Source of the DNA: Acidimicrobiales bacterium
GTDB taxonomy: Bacteria > Actinomycetota > Acidimicrobiia > Acidimicrobiales > GCA-2861595
Direction: 5' to 3'
DNA: 64,000 bases
NCBI GenBank assembly: GCA_035540975.1
Contig: DATLFN010000058.1
Location: 463 to 64,462, forward strand
Part shown: positions 1 to 10,327 of the stretch, one piece after another
How the letters are laid out: each line of letters starts with the position of its first letter
Numbering within the stretch: position 1 is the first letter of the stretch
Notes under the pieces: generated by a model
Told to the model about the DNA's origin: nothing
Databases searched by the model: none
Seen by the model: the letters and a program-made list of their open reading frames with translations, nothing else
Made by a program: the position numbers and the translations under genes

Positions 1-30
1 CCCGTCGGGGATCGGCTTCACACTGCCCAT
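1..30 (-). CDS. 5' end (10 codons, MGSVKPIPDG...) of an unidentified gene running off the left edge
   Basis: ATG at 28-30 (minus) is preceded by the Shine-Dalgarno GAAGGAGGA at 35-43 with a 4-nt spacer. The fragment is too short to name. Confidence 0.3.
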   Translation of the reverse strand, partial: MGSVKPIPDG

Positions 31-46
31 GGGGTCCTCCTTCTGT

Positions 47-60
47 CGAACGTACGTTCG
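47..60. promoter_or_regulatory. Perfect 14-bp palindrome CGAACGTACGTTCG between the arsR-family gene and the next gene start; candidate operator or small hairpin
   Basis: Read directly at 47-60. The GAAC-N4-GTTC core resembles the TGAA..TTCA inverted repeats bound by ArsR/SmtB repressors. Confidence 0.35.
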
Positions 61-105
61 CCGAGCCTAGCCCGGAAGGGCGGCTCGGGCAAGGGGGCGG
101 GCACC

Positions 106-432
106 TCAGCCGGCGCAGCAGCTGGAGTTGCCGCCCGGCAGGGCGACGGGGGTGAGCGCCTCGGGGTCGAGGAGGTCGCCGAGGGCGGAGCGGGCGGCGG
201 CGAACCCGTCCGGGTCGACGGCGTACAGCGTGAACCCGTCGGCCCGCCGGCTGCGCACCAGCCCCGAGCGCACCAGCACGCCGAGGTGGTGGCTCACCAG
301 GGGCTGGGGCAGCGACTCGCCGTCGACCAGGTCCCGCACGCACCGCTCCCGCTCCCGCAGCGCCCCGAGGAGCCGGAACCGCTTGGGGTCGGCCAGGGCC
401 CGCAGCACGGCCTGCACGTCGACGTCGACCAC
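106..432 (-). CDS. ArsR/SmtB-family metalloregulatory transcriptional repressor (108 aa from the GTG start)
   Basis: The 3' part of ORF 106..1635 reads LRALADPKRFRLLGALRERERCVRDLV...LPQPLVSHHLGVLVRSGLV, a winged-HTH signature, with a C-terminal CC pair. The GTG at 432 is the first plausible start downstream of the guaA stop. Confidence 0.8.
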   Translation of the reverse strand: MVDVDVQAVLRALADPKRFRLLGALRERERCVRDLVDGESLPQPLVSHHLGVLVRSGLVRSRRADGFTLYAVDPDGFAAARSALGDLLDPEALTPVALPGGNSSCCAG

Positions 433-485
433 CGGGCGAGCGTCGCAGAGCCCCGGCCGGCGGTCAAGAGCCCCGGGCGTGCCGG

Positions 486-2102
486 CTACTCCCACTCGAT
501 GGTGCCGGGCGGCTTCGACGTGATGTCGAACGCCACCCGGTTCACGCCCGGGACCTCGTTGATGATGCGGCTCGACATGCGCTCGAGCACGTCGTAGGGG
601 ATGCGGGCCCAGTCGGCCGTCATGGCGTCGTCCGAGGTGACGGCCCGGATGACGACGGGATGGGCGTAGGTGCGCTCGTCGCCCATCACGCCCACCGTCC
701 GCACGGCCAGGAGGACGGCGAAGCTCTGCCACACCTGGCGCTCCAGACCGGCCCGCCGCATCTCCTGGAGCACGATGGCGTCGGCCGCCCGCAGGATCTC
801 CAGGCGCTCGGGGGTGACGGTGCCCACGATGCGCACGGCCAGGCCCGGCCCCGGGAAGGGCTGGCGCCACACGATCTCCTCGGGGAGGCCGAGCTCCTCG
901 CCCACCGCCCGCACCTCGTCCTTGAACAGGTTGCGGAGGGGCTCCACCAGCTCGAAGTTCATGTCGTCGGGGAGGCCGCCCACGTTGTGGTGGCTCTTGA
1001 TGCGGGCGGCGTCCTTGGTGCCCGACTCGATGATGTCGGGGTAGAGCGTCCCCTGGACGAGGAAGCGGGCGTCCTGGAGGTCCTTGGCCACCTCCTCGAA
1101 CACCCGGATGAAGGTCTCCCCGATGATCTTCCGCTTGCGCTCGGGGTCGATGACGTCGTTCAGCGCCTCGACGAACCGGTCGGCCGCCTTCACGTGGACC
1201 AGGTCCACCCCGAACTGGCGCCGGAAGGTGTCCTCCACCTGCTCGGCCTCGCCCGCCCGCATCAGGCCCGTGTCGACGAACACGCAGGTGAGGTTGTCGC
1301 CCACCGCCTTGTGCACGATGGCCGCCGCCACCGCCGAGTCGACGCCCCCGGACAGCCCGCAGATGACCTTCTCGTCGCCCACCTGGGCCCGGATGTCGGA
1401 CACCTGCTGCTCGATGACCGAGGTCATCGTCCACGACGGGCGGCAGCCGGCGACCTCGTACAGGAAGTGCTTGAGCACCTCCTGGCCGCGGGTGGTGTGC
1501 ACCACCTCGGGGTGGAACTGCACGCCGAACAGGCGCCGGTCGGGGTCCTCGATGGCGGCCACCGCGTCGGGCGTGGTGGCCACGACGCGGAAGCCGGCGG
1601 GCGGCACGGCGATGGAGTCGAAGTGGCTCATCCACACGTCCTGCTCGAGCGGCAGGTCGGCGAAGAGGGCGGAGCCGTCCACCACCGTCATGGCCGTCCG
1701 CCCGTACTCGCCCCTGCCGGTGCGGCCCACCTCGCCCCCGAGCTGCTGGGCCAGGAGCTGGGCGCCGTAGCAGATGCCGAGCACGGGCACGCCGGTGTCG
1801 TACAGGGTGGGGTCGACCGACGGCGCGCCCTCGACGTGCACCGACTTCGGGCCGCCGCTGAAGATCACCGCCGCCGGCCGGCGGGCCATCATCTCGGCCG
1901 CCGGCATGGTGTGGGGGACGATCTCGGAGTAGACGTGCGCCTCGCGCACCCGCCGGGCGATCAGCTGGGCGTACTGCGCGCCGAAGTCGACGACCAGGAC
2001 GGTGTCGAAGCTCGGGCCCGTTGCGCGATCGCGCGCCAGGGGGTGGCGCGCGATCGCGAAGTGAACGGCGGCCCCAGGCCCGCTCGGCGCCGTACCGCTC
2101 AT
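486..2102 (-). CDS. guaA: GMP synthase (glutamine-hydrolysing), 538 aa
   Basis: Full-length similarity: a GATase1 segment ([20 protein letters not shown]), an ATP-PPase P-loop (SGGVDSAV) and the C-terminal KPPGTIEWE. The ATG at 2100-2102 sits 310 codons inside the 848-aa track ORF. Confidence 0.95.
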   Translation of the reverse strand: MSGTAPSGPGAAVHFAIARHPLARDRATGPSFDTVLVVDFGAQYAQLIARRVREAHVYSEIVPHTMPAAEMMARRPAAVIFSGGPKSVHVEGAPSVDPTLYDTGVPVLGICYGAQLLAQQLGGEVGRTGRGEYGRTAMTVVDGSALFADLPLEQDVWMSHFDSIAVPPAGFRVVATTPDAVAAIEDPDRRLFGVQFHPEVVHTTRGQEVLKHFLYEVAGCRPSWTMTSVIEQQVSDIRAQVGDEKVICGLSGGVDSAVAAAIVHKAVGDNLTCVFVDTGLMRAGEAEQVEDTFRRQFGVDLVHVKAADRFVEALNDVIDPERKRKIIGETFIRVFEEVAKDLQDARFLVQGTLYPDIIESGTKDAARIKSHHNVGGLPDDMNFELVEPLRNLFKDEVRAVGEELGLPEEIVWRQPFPGPGLAVRIVGTVTPERLEILRAADAIVLQEMRRAGLERQVWQSFAVLLAVRTVGVMGDERTYAHPVVIRAVTSDDAMTADWARIPYDVLERMSSRIINEVPGVNRVAFDITSKPPGTIEWE

Positions 2103-2110
2103 CCGCCGGC

Positions 2111-3274
2111 CTACTGCCCCATGCCGACGTGCTGCGAGCGCTGGAGGTCCTTGCCCTCGGTCTGCAGCGCGGGCGCCACCATGACCTCGGCCTTCTGGAA
2201 CTCCTTCACCGACTGGTACCCGCATGTCGCCATCGAGGTGCGCAGGGCGCCGAACAGGTTGAGCCGGCCGTCGTTCTCGTGGGCGGGGCCGACCAGGATC
2301 TCCTTGAGGCTCCCGCGGGCCTTGGTGCGCACCCGGGTGCCCCGGGGCAGCGTGGGGTGGAACGTCGCCATGCCCCAGTGGAAGCCCCGGCCGGGCGCCT
2401 CGTGGGCGGCGGCCAGCGGCGAGCCCATCATCACGGCGTCGGCCCCGCAGGCGATGGCCTTGGCGATGTCGCCGCCCCGGCTGATGCCCCCGTCGGCGAT
2501 GACCTGGACGTACACGCCCGTCTCGTCGAGGTGGCGCATGCGGGCCCCCGCGGCGTCGGCGATGGCCGTCGCCTGGGGGACGCCCAGCCCGAGGACGCCC
2601 CGGGTGGTGCAGGCGTTGCCGGGGCCGACGCCGACCAGCACGCCGACGGCTCCCGTGCGCATGAGGTGGAGGGCGGCGTGGTACGAGGCGCACCCGCCGA
2701 CGATCACGGGGACCTCCAGCTGGCGGATGAACTGCTTGAGGTTGAGCGGCTCGACCGTCTTGGAGACGTGCTCGGCCGACACCACCGTGCCCTGGATGAC
2801 CAGGAGGTCGAGCTCGGCGTCGAGGACGGCCTTGGCGTACTGCTGGGCCCGCTGCGGCGTGACCGAGGCGCAGGCCACCACGCCGGTCTCCCGGATGTCC
2901 TTGATGCGCCGGGTGATCAGCTCCAGCTTCACCGGCTCGGAGTAGATCTGCTGCATGCGGGCGGTGGCCTTGGCGTCGTCGAGACGGGCGATCTCCTCGA
3001 AGAGCGGCTCGGGGTCCTCGTAGCGGGTCCACAGGCCCTCCAGGTTCAGCACGCCGACGCCCCCCAGCCGCCCCACCTCGATGGCGGTGGCCGGGCTGAC
3101 CACCCCGTCCATGGCCGACGCCATCAGGGGCAGCTCGAAGCGGAAGGCGTCGATCTCCCAGGCGATGTCCACGTCCTCGGGGTCCCGGGTCCGGCGGCTG
3201 GGGACGATGGCGATGTCGTCGAACCCGTACGCCCTGCGCCCCGACTTGCCGATGCCGATCTCGACCTCAGCCAC
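2111..3274 (-). CDS. guaB3: GuaB3-type IMP dehydrogenase-related protein (no CBS pair), 387 aa
   Basis: [31 protein letters not shown]...[14 protein letters not shown]...IADGGI is typical of actinobacterial GuaB3. The GTG at 3274 is preceded by GGGAGGGG. Confidence 0.85.
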   Translation of the reverse strand: MAEVEIGIGKSGRRAYGFDDIAIVPSRRTRDPEDVDIAWEIDAFRFELPLMASAMDGVVSPATAIEVGRLGGVGVLNLEGLWTRYEDPEPLFEEIARLDDAKATARMQQIYSEPVKLELITRRIKDIRETGVVACASVTPQRAQQYAKAVLDAELDLLVIQGTVVSAEHVSKTVEPLNLKQFIRQLEVPVIVGGCASYHAALHLMRTGAVGVLVGVGPGNACTTRGVLGLGVPQATAIADAAGARMRHLDETGVYVQVIADGGISRGGDIAKAIACGADAVMMGSPLAAAHEAPGRGFHWGMATFHPTLPRGTRVRTKARGSLKEILVGPAHENDGRLNLFGALRTSMATCGYQSVKEFQKAEVMVAPALQTEGKDLQRSQHVGMGQ

Positions 3275-3371
3275 GACCCCTCCCGTTCGCTCCCGAAAGA
3301 GGGATTCTACGCCCGGGAGGCTGGGAAGCCGGGAACCGGCGGCCCGTCCCCGGTTCGGCCCGGTGGCTCCG

Positions 3372-3923
3372 TCACCGGCGCCCGGACCTCGACGCCCGCC
3401 CGGCCGCGGCGGGCGGCGGTGAGGCCGCGGCGCCGGGGCCCGCCGGCGGCCGGACGGCACCGGGTGGCGACTTGCGCACCCGCCGGGTCGGCGGCGCGGC
3501 GGCGGGCCCCGCCGCTGAGTCGGCCGCCGGCTGGTCGGCCGCCCGGGGCCCGGGCGTGGGCTGGCCGGCCGCCGGCTGGTCGGCCGCCCGGGGCCCGCCC
3601 CGCTCCACCTCGAGCTCGGGCTCGGCCGCCGGGGGCCCGCCCCGCGCCGCCTCGGGCGGGGGCTGGCCGGCCTCCCGCGGCTCGTCCGGCGCCGGCTCGG
3701 GCGCCGTGGACGCCGGGGGCGCCGGGCCCCGAGCGGCCACCCCCTTCCCGCCGGCGCGGCGGGCGGCGGTGCGCTCCAGCACCTCGGTGGTCTCCTCGGG
3801 TGGCAGGCCGGCGCCCTCCAGGACGCGGCGCAGCTCCGCCGCCGCCTCCGCCTCGGCGTCCTCGCGGACCGACCGCCGCGGCCCGCCGCCGTCCGAGGGA
3901 CGCGACAACCGGAAACCTCGCAT
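3372..3923 (-). CDS. Hypothetical protein, 183 aa: short acidic N-terminal part plus a Pro/Ala/Gly-rich disordered tail
   Basis: ATG at 3921-3923 with SD GAGGAGGAG 5 nt upstream. Third-position GC is very high, and the ORF lies 26 nt downstream of the GAF gene stop. No recognisable domain. Confidence 0.5.
   Translation of the reverse strand: MRGFRLSRPSDGGGPRRSVREDAEAEAAAELRRVLEGAGLPPEETTEVLERTAARRAGGKGVAARGPAPPASTAPEPAPDEPREAGQPPPEAARGGPPAAEPELEVERGGPRAADQPAAGQPTPGPRAADQPAADSAAGPAAAPPTRRVRKSPPGAVRPPAGPGAAASPPPAAAGRASRSGRR
3523..3597 (-). repeat. Exact 30-nt direct repeat (GGCCGCCGGCTGGTCGGCCGCCCGGGGCCC) at a 45-nt period inside the hypothetical gene
   Basis: Copies at 3523-3552 and 3568-3597 were read directly. 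They encode a duplicated GPRAADQPAA peptide. Confidence 0.8.
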
Positions 3924-3949
3924 GTGCTCCTCCTCTGTCGGGCCCGCCG

Positions 3950-4468
3950 TCAGGAGATGGCGGGCACCACGTCGGGGCCGCCCGCCGGCGGCCCGGCGGG
4001 TGAGGGCCCGGAGACGGCCGGCGTCCACTCCACGCCGGCCAGGAGGGCCGCCGCCTGCGACGCGTAGCGTACGGCCACCGACTCCCGGCCGGCGAACGCG
4101 TCGCGCTCGCTCGAGTAGAGATTGAGCACGCCGAGCGCCCGCCCGCGGGCGGTGACCGGCACGGCGAGCGTGCTGCGGACGCCACGACCGAGGGCGACGT
4201 GGGTGAACTCGGGCCACGACCGGGCGGTCGACAGGCAGGAGACGTTGAACACCTGCAGCTGGCGGAAGGCGTCGACGGCCGGGCCCCGCTGCGCCGTCCA
4301 CTGCGCCTGCTCCAGCTGGCACCCGAGCAGGCTGGTCCCCACGACGGTGACCGGGTCGTCGCCCCGGACGACGCTCACCACGGCCGCCCCGCACCCCGGC
4401 ACCGACGAGCGGACCTCCTCGACGACGAGGCGCAGGCCGTCGCCGTCGGGAACGCTCGCCACCGCCAT
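3950..4468 (-). CDS. Stand-alone GAF-domain protein, 172 aa
   Basis: The internal ATG is at codon 84 of ORF 3950..4717. The sequence ...RSTLAVPVTARGRALGVLNLYSSERDAFAGRESVAVRYASQAAALL is the GAF core seen in GAF/ANTAR regulators, but no ANTAR part is present. Confidence 0.7.
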   Translation of the reverse strand: MAVASVPDGDGLRLVVEEVRSSVPGCGAAVVSVVRGDDPVTVVGTSLLGCQLEQAQWTAQRGPAVDAFRQLQVFNVSCLSTARSWPEFTHVALGRGVRSTLAVPVTARGRALGVLNLYSSERDAFAGRESVAVRYASQAAALLAGVEWTPAVSGPSPAGPPAGGPDVVPAIS

Positions 4469-4548
4469 ATCGGACACACGGTAGCCCCTAGTGGCAGACC
4501 TAGTAAGGCGCGTCCGCACTGTGCGCGGCGACAGGTATGGACGCGCCA

Positions 4549-4579
4549 CGCCCCCGCCGCGGCGTACACGGCGGGGGCG
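4549..4579 (-). terminator. GC-rich hairpin (11-bp stem, 9-nt loop) downstream of the groES-groEL-small ORF unit
   Basis: The core stem CCCCCGCCG (4551-4559) pairs with CGGCGGGGG (4569-4577), extended by two flanking G-C pairs on each side. There is no U-tract, which is common in high-GC actinobacteria. Confidence 0.4.
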
Positions 4580-4602
4580 GCTCAGGACGAGGACGGAGGG
4601 CG

Positions 4603-4770
4603 TCAGCCCGCCACGATCTCCCGATGGGCCTGCACGGTGGACTCCAGCAGCTCCCGGAGCCCGCCCTTCTTGAGGTCGGCCATCACCCGCCCGGGCGGGA
4701 GGTCGCCCCGCTCCCACTGCATCCAGGAGGCGAGGAGCTTCTCGGGGTCGGGCGGCGGGATGTCGGCCAC
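4603..4770 (-). CDS. Small ORF, 55 aa (VADIPPPDPEKLLASWMQWERGDLPPGRVMADLKKGGLRELLESTVQAHREIVAG); below the ORF-track size cut-off
   Basis: GTG at 4768-4770 lies 5 nt after the groEL stop, and TGA is at 4603-4605. All but one of the 55 codons end in G or C, and the composition is balanced and non-repetitive. Confidence 0.45.
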   Translation of the reverse strand: MADIPPPDPEKLLASWMQWERGDLPPGRVMADLKKGGLRELLESTVQAHREIVAG

Positions 4771-4774
4771 CGAG

Positions 4775-6741
<1,967 letters not shown>

Positions 6742-6764
6742 AGCTTCGTCCTCCGGGACTGTCG

Positions 6765-6791
6765 TTAGCACTCTCGCCTGTCGAGTGCTAA
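6765..6791 (-). promoter_or_regulatory. CIRCE element (HrcA operator), perfect TTAGCACTC-N9-GAGTGCTAA
   Basis: Read directly at 6765-6773, 6774-6782 and 6783-6791. It lies 24 nt upstream of the groES start. Confidence 0.9.
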
Positions 6792-6819
6792 CGATAGGCG
6801 CGGCCGGGCGCTACGGCAA
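6791..6819 (-). promoter_or_regulatory. Candidate sigma-A-type promoter of groES-groEL (-35 TTGCCG, 17-nt spacer, -10 TATCGT) abutting CIRCE
   Basis: The -10 is at 6791-6796 and the -35 at 6814-6819 on the minus strand. This is a motif match only. Confidence 0.45.
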
Positions 6820-6845
6820 GCGCGCACGGCGCCCGGGGCGCGTCG

Positions 6846-7889
6846 CTACGACCCGACCACGACGGGCAGCCCGAGGTTCGGGTCGGCGCCCACATTGAGG
6901 GGCGTGGGCCCGTCCGACAGGAGCCGGAAGTACCCGGCGGCGGCGACCATGGCCGCGTTGTCGGTGCACAGGTCGCGGCTGGGAAGGAAGCCGCGCAGGC
7001 CGTCGGCGATGCACGCGTCGAGAACCCGCTCGCGCAGGCGGGTGTTCGCCGCCACGCCGCCGCCCAGGACGATGCCGGTGGCGCCGACCTCGGCCGCCGC
7101 CCGCTGGGCCTTGGTGACCAGGACGTCCACCACCGCCTCCTGGAACGACGCCGCCACGTCGGCCACCGGCACGTCGGGGTGCTTGCGGACGTAGTTGACG
7201 ACCGACGTCTTGATGCCGCTGAACGAGAAGTCGTAGCCCTCGCGCAGCAGGCCACGGGGGAACTCGATCGCCTTGGGGTCGCCTTGCATGGCCAGGCGGT
7301 CGATGGCCGGGCCACCCGGGTACCCCAGGCCCAGGAAGCGGGCGACCTTGTCGTACGCCTCGCCGGCGGCGTCGTCGATGGTGGAACCGAGCAGCCGGTA
7401 GCGGCCGTGGCCCTCCATCGAGACGAGCAGGGTGTGCCCGCCGGAGACGATGAGGACGACCAGGGGCGGCTGGAGGTCCGGCTCCTCCAGGAAGGCGGCG
7501 TAGATGTGCGCCTCCAGGTGGTTGACGCCGACGAAGGGCACGCCCCACACCAGGGCCAGCGCCTTCGCCGCGCTGAGGCCGACGAGGAGGGACCCGACCA
7601 GGCCCGGCCCGACGGTGGCGGCCACCGCCCCCACCCCGTCGCCGTCGATGCCCGCCTCCACCAGGGCCTCGGCCACCACCGGCGTGAGCAGCTCGACGTG
7701 GGCGCGGCTGGCCAGCTCCGGCACCACCCCGCCGAAGGCGGCGTGCAGGTCGACCTGGCTGCTGACGACCGACGACAGCACCTGGTGCCCGTCGACCACC
7801 ACGGCGGCCGCCGTCTCGTCGCACGACGTCTCGATCCCCAGGACCTTGAGCGGGGGAGGTGTGGCGGTCGGAGTCGCGGTGTCGGTCAT
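6846..7889 (-). CDS. tsaD: tRNA N6-adenosine threonylcarbamoyltransferase TsaD (Kae1/Gcp), 347 aa
   Basis: LGIETSCDETAAAVV...GVNHLEAHI...SGGHT...CTDNAAM. ATG at 7887-7889 overlaps the rimI stop (ATGA). Confidence 0.95.
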   Translation of the reverse strand: MTDTATPTATPPPLKVLGIETSCDETAAAVVVDGHQVLSSVVSSQVDLHAAFGGVVPELASRAHVELLTPVVAEALVEAGIDGDGVGAVAATVGPGLVGSLLVGLSAAKALALVWGVPFVGVNHLEAHIYAAFLEEPDLQPPLVVLIVSGGHTLLVSMEGHGRYRLLGSTIDDAAGEAYDKVARFLGLGYPGGPAIDRLAMQGDPKAIEFPRGLLREGYDFSFSGIKTSVVNYVRKHPDVPVADVAASFQEAVVDVLVTKAQRAAAEVGATGIVLGGGVAANTRLRERVLDACIADGLRGFLPSRDLCTDNAAMVAAAGYFRLLSDGPTPLNVGADPNLGLPVVVGS

Positions 7890-8464
7890 CGGGCTTCCTG
7901 TTCGGGGTCGATCTCGGTGGCGGCGCCGCCGGCCGCGTCCAGCCGGGCCTCGATGCCGGACAGCCGGCGACGGTAGTCCACGCCGTCGATGTCGTTGGCC
8001 CACATCACGAGGGCGTCCTCGTTCGTCTCCACGTAGTAGTTCTTGCGCACGCCGGCGGGGGCGAAGCCGAACCGGCGGTACAACGACTGCGCCCCGTCGT
8101 TGGTGACGCGTACCTCGAGGGTCAGGTGGCGGGCGCCCCGTTCCAGGGCCGTGCGGGCCATCCGGAGCAGGAGCCGCGAGCCGATCCCGTGGCGTTGCCA
8201 CCGCGGGTCCACGGCGAGGGTGGTGACGTGGCCGTCCTCGCCGCTCAGCATGAGCCCCGAGTACCCGGCGACCATGCCGTCGACCAGGGCGACGGAGTAG
8301 GCGCGGGTGCTGCGCAGGGCCAGCTCGCTCATGAACAGACGCAACGACCACGGCCGCGGATAGACCTGCGCCTCGATCCTCAGCACGCCCCGCAGGTGGC
8401 GCCGGCGCATGGGCGTGAGGACGACGTCCGGCGGCCCCACGGGCTCGGGGACCCGGGCCGCCAC
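7886..8464 (-). CDS. rimI: Ribosomal-protein-alanine N-acetyltransferase RimI (GNAT), 192 aa
   Basis: GNAT motif LAVDPRWQRHGIGSRLL in the conserved tsaB-rimI-tsaD position. GTG at 8464 is preceded by GGGAGGG. Confidence 0.85.
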   Translation of the reverse strand: MAARVPEPVGPPDVVLTPMRRRHLRGVLRIEAQVYPRPWSLRLFMSELALRSTRAYSVALVDGMVAGYSGLMLSGEDGHVTTLAVDPRWQRHGIGSRLLLRMARTALERGARHLTLEVRVTNDGAQSLYRRFGFAPAGVRKNYYVETNEDALVMWANDIDGVDYRRRLSGIEARLDAAGGAATEIDPEQEAR

Positions 8465-8518
8465 TACGCCCTCCCGCCGCCCGGCCCGGCCTCCCGGGGG
8501 ACGCCGGGGTCGCCGTCG

Positions 8519-9217
8519 TCAGGCACTCTGGCGGCGTTCCCAGTTGATCTCGGCGTCGGCCTTCCGGAGGTACATCGGCTCCAGCTCCGACGGCTGCACG
8601 AACTCCTCGCGCAGGGCCTTGGCGTGGGCGAGCTGCACCAGGGCGGCCGGCGAGGGGTAGGCGAACGCGCCGTCGGCGATGGAGAGGTGGCGGGCGTCGT
8701 CGAAGGCGCGGCCGTAGCGGACGGCACCGTCGCCCACCAGCAGGCAGTCCTCCCCCATCGCCATCAGCTCCGAGGCCAGCTCGGCCGGCGCGCACACCCG
8801 CGGGTTCGCCACCCGTTGGACGCCGCCGGGGACGGGCCGGTACAGGGCGGCGAACACCTCGCCGCGGCGGGCGTCGACCACCGTGGCGATCAGGCCCTCG
8901 GTGTGATGGAGGGCGAAGGCGAGCAGGTCGAGGCTGGACAGGCCGAGCATCGGCACCCGCAGGGCGTGGGCCAGCGCCTTGGCCGTCGCCACGCCGACCC
9001 GCAGGCCGGTGAACAGCCCGGGGCCCACGTCGACGGCCACGACGCTGACCTCACCGAGCTGGACCCGCGCCTGCTCGCAGACGAACTGGACCGCCGGGAC
9101 CAGCGTCTCGGCGTGCCGGCGGCCCCGTGCCGCCGTGAACGACGCGAGGGCGCCCTCCACGCCGCCGAGGGCGCATCCCACCTGCATGGTGGCCGTCTCG
9201 ATGCCGAGGATGATCAC
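8519..9217 (-). CDS. tsaB: tRNA threonylcarbamoyladenosine biosynthesis protein TsaB (YeaZ), 232 aa
   Basis: ILGIETATMQVGCAL...VAVDVGPGLFTGLRVGVATAKALA. GTG at 9215-9217 overlaps the tsaE stop (GTGA). Confidence 0.85.
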   Translation of the reverse strand: MIILGIETATMQVGCALGGVEGALASFTAARGRRHAETLVPAVQFVCEQARVQLGEVSVVAVDVGPGLFTGLRVGVATAKALAHALRVPMLGLSSLDLLAFALHHTEGLIATVVDARRGEVFAALYRPVPGGVQRVANPRVCAPAELASELMAMGEDCLLVGDGAVRYGRAFDDARHLSIADGAFAYPSPAALVQLAHAKALREEFVQPSELEPMYLRKADAEINWERRQSA

Positions 9218-9693
9218 GCCGACCACCGGTCCAGGGCGCCCCGCAGGGCGCCTGCCCGCGGCGCCCACGCGGGGCCGACGACACGCGCCGAGATGTGGCG
9301 GTCGTCGTCCCCCTCGCCGAACTCGAGGCGGATCTCCAGGTAGTCGGCCGGCAGCACGGGCGCGATGACGTCCCCCCACTCCACGAGGGCCACGCCCCCG
9401 TCGTCCAGCAGCTCGGGCAGGTCCAGGTCGGTGACCTCCCGGAGGTTGTCCATCCGGTAGGCGTCGGCGTGCACCAGGGTGAGCCGGCCGTGGTAGGTGC
9501 GCACCAGGATGAACGTGGGGCTCACCACCGGCTCGGTGACGCCGAGGCCGCGGGCGAAGCCCTGCACCAGGGTCGTCTTGCCCGCCCCCAGGTCCCCGGA
9601 CAGGAGGACGACGTCGCCCGCCCGGGCCACGGTGGACAGGGCGGCGCCCAGCTCCCGGGTGTCCTCCGCCGACTTGGTGAGGACGCTGATCAC
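9214..9693 (-). CDS. tsaE: tRNA t6A ATPase TsaE (YjeE), 159 aa
   Basis: Walker A motif [15 protein letters not shown] followed by SPTFILV. GTG at 9691-9693 overlaps the upstream UDG stop (GTGA). Confidence 0.9.
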   Translation of the reverse strand: MISVLTKSAEDTRELGAALSTVARAGDVVLLSGDLGAGKTTLVQGFARGLGVTEPVVSPTFILVRTYHGRLTLVHADAYRMDNLREVTDLDLPELLDDGGVALVEWGDVIAPVLPADYLEIRLEFGEGDDDRHISARVVGPAWAPRAGALRGALDRWSA

Positions 9694-10256
9694 ACCGGCA
9701 CCGCCAGGTGCTCCTTGGCCCGCACCAGGTCGGCCCGGATGCCTGCCATGGCCTCGCCCGCCGATCCGCTGCGCAGGACGAACGACGGGTGGTAGGTGGG
9801 CACGACGACGGCGTCCCGGTACCGGTAGGCGCGGCCCCGCAGGGCCTTGATGCCGGCCGAGGCGCCGAGAAGCAGTCGAGCGGCGAAGTTCCCGAGGGTC
9901 ACGATCACCCGGGGGGCGATCAGCTCGATCTGGCGCTCGAGGTACGGACGGCACGACGCCACCTCCTCGGGGAGGGGGTCGCGGTTCCCGGGCGGGCGGC
10001 ACTTCACCACGTTGGCGATGTAGACGCTGTCCCGGCCGACGCCCAGCTCCTCCCGCAGGAGGCGGTCCAGCAGCTGCCCCGACCGGCCCACGAAGGGCTC
10101 GCCCTTGAGGTCCTCCTCGTGCCCCGGGCCCTCGCCCACGAACATCAGGTCCGCCGAGGGGTCGCCCACGCCGAACACCACGGTGGTCCGCCCGCCGGCC
10201 AGCGGGCACCGGGTGCAGGACAGGGCCTCGCGTTCCAGCTCCGCCAGGGCGAGCAC
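9690..10256 (-). CDS. Family-4 uracil-DNA glycosylase (Fe-S type), 188 aa
   Basis: CTRCPL...[37 protein letters not shown]...[14 protein letters not shown]...HPSF are family-4 UDG motifs. The start is set at GTG 10254-10256, which is uncertain. The frame stays open far upstream only because the region lacks stops. Confidence 0.85.
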   Translation of the reverse strand: MLALAELEREALSCTRCPLAGGRTTVVFGVGDPSADLMFVGEGPGHEEDLKGEPFVGRSGQLLDRLLREELGVGRDSVYIANVVKCRPPGNRDPLPEEVASCRPYLERQIELIAPRVIVTLGNFAARLLLGASAGIKALRGRAYRYRDAVVVPTYHPSFVLRSGSAGEAMAGIRADLVRAKEHLAVPV

Positions 10257-10327
10257 GACCGCGAATGGTAGTGGCGAGCCGGGGTGCGGACGGCCGGATC
10301 GGGGCGACGAACGGGGCTGAGGCCCGC

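Noticed and set aside
486-3032. Long N-terminal extensions of track ORFs (486-3032, 106-1635, 2111-3460, 3950-4717, 6846-8795, 8519-9379, 9214-10818, 48453-50219, 49643-51127, 50986-54402, 56514-58661, 58252-60678, 59787-61166, 60683-61738, 61701-63086, 62066-63043, 6448-6771)
   Set aside because: The upstream parts run through the preceding gene in another frame and are Arg/Pro-rich. The starts were trimmed to positions supported by homologous N-termini, Shine-Dalgarno motifs or 4-nt stop/start overlaps.
4469-4548. Leaderless-type promoter for the GAF gene (TTACTA-17-TACCGT ending 9 nt before the ATG at 4468)
   Set aside because: The -35 matches the consensus at only 3 of 6 positions and the call rests on one TAnnnT hexamer. 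It is too weak to list as a feature, though the absence of an SD before the ATG is noted.
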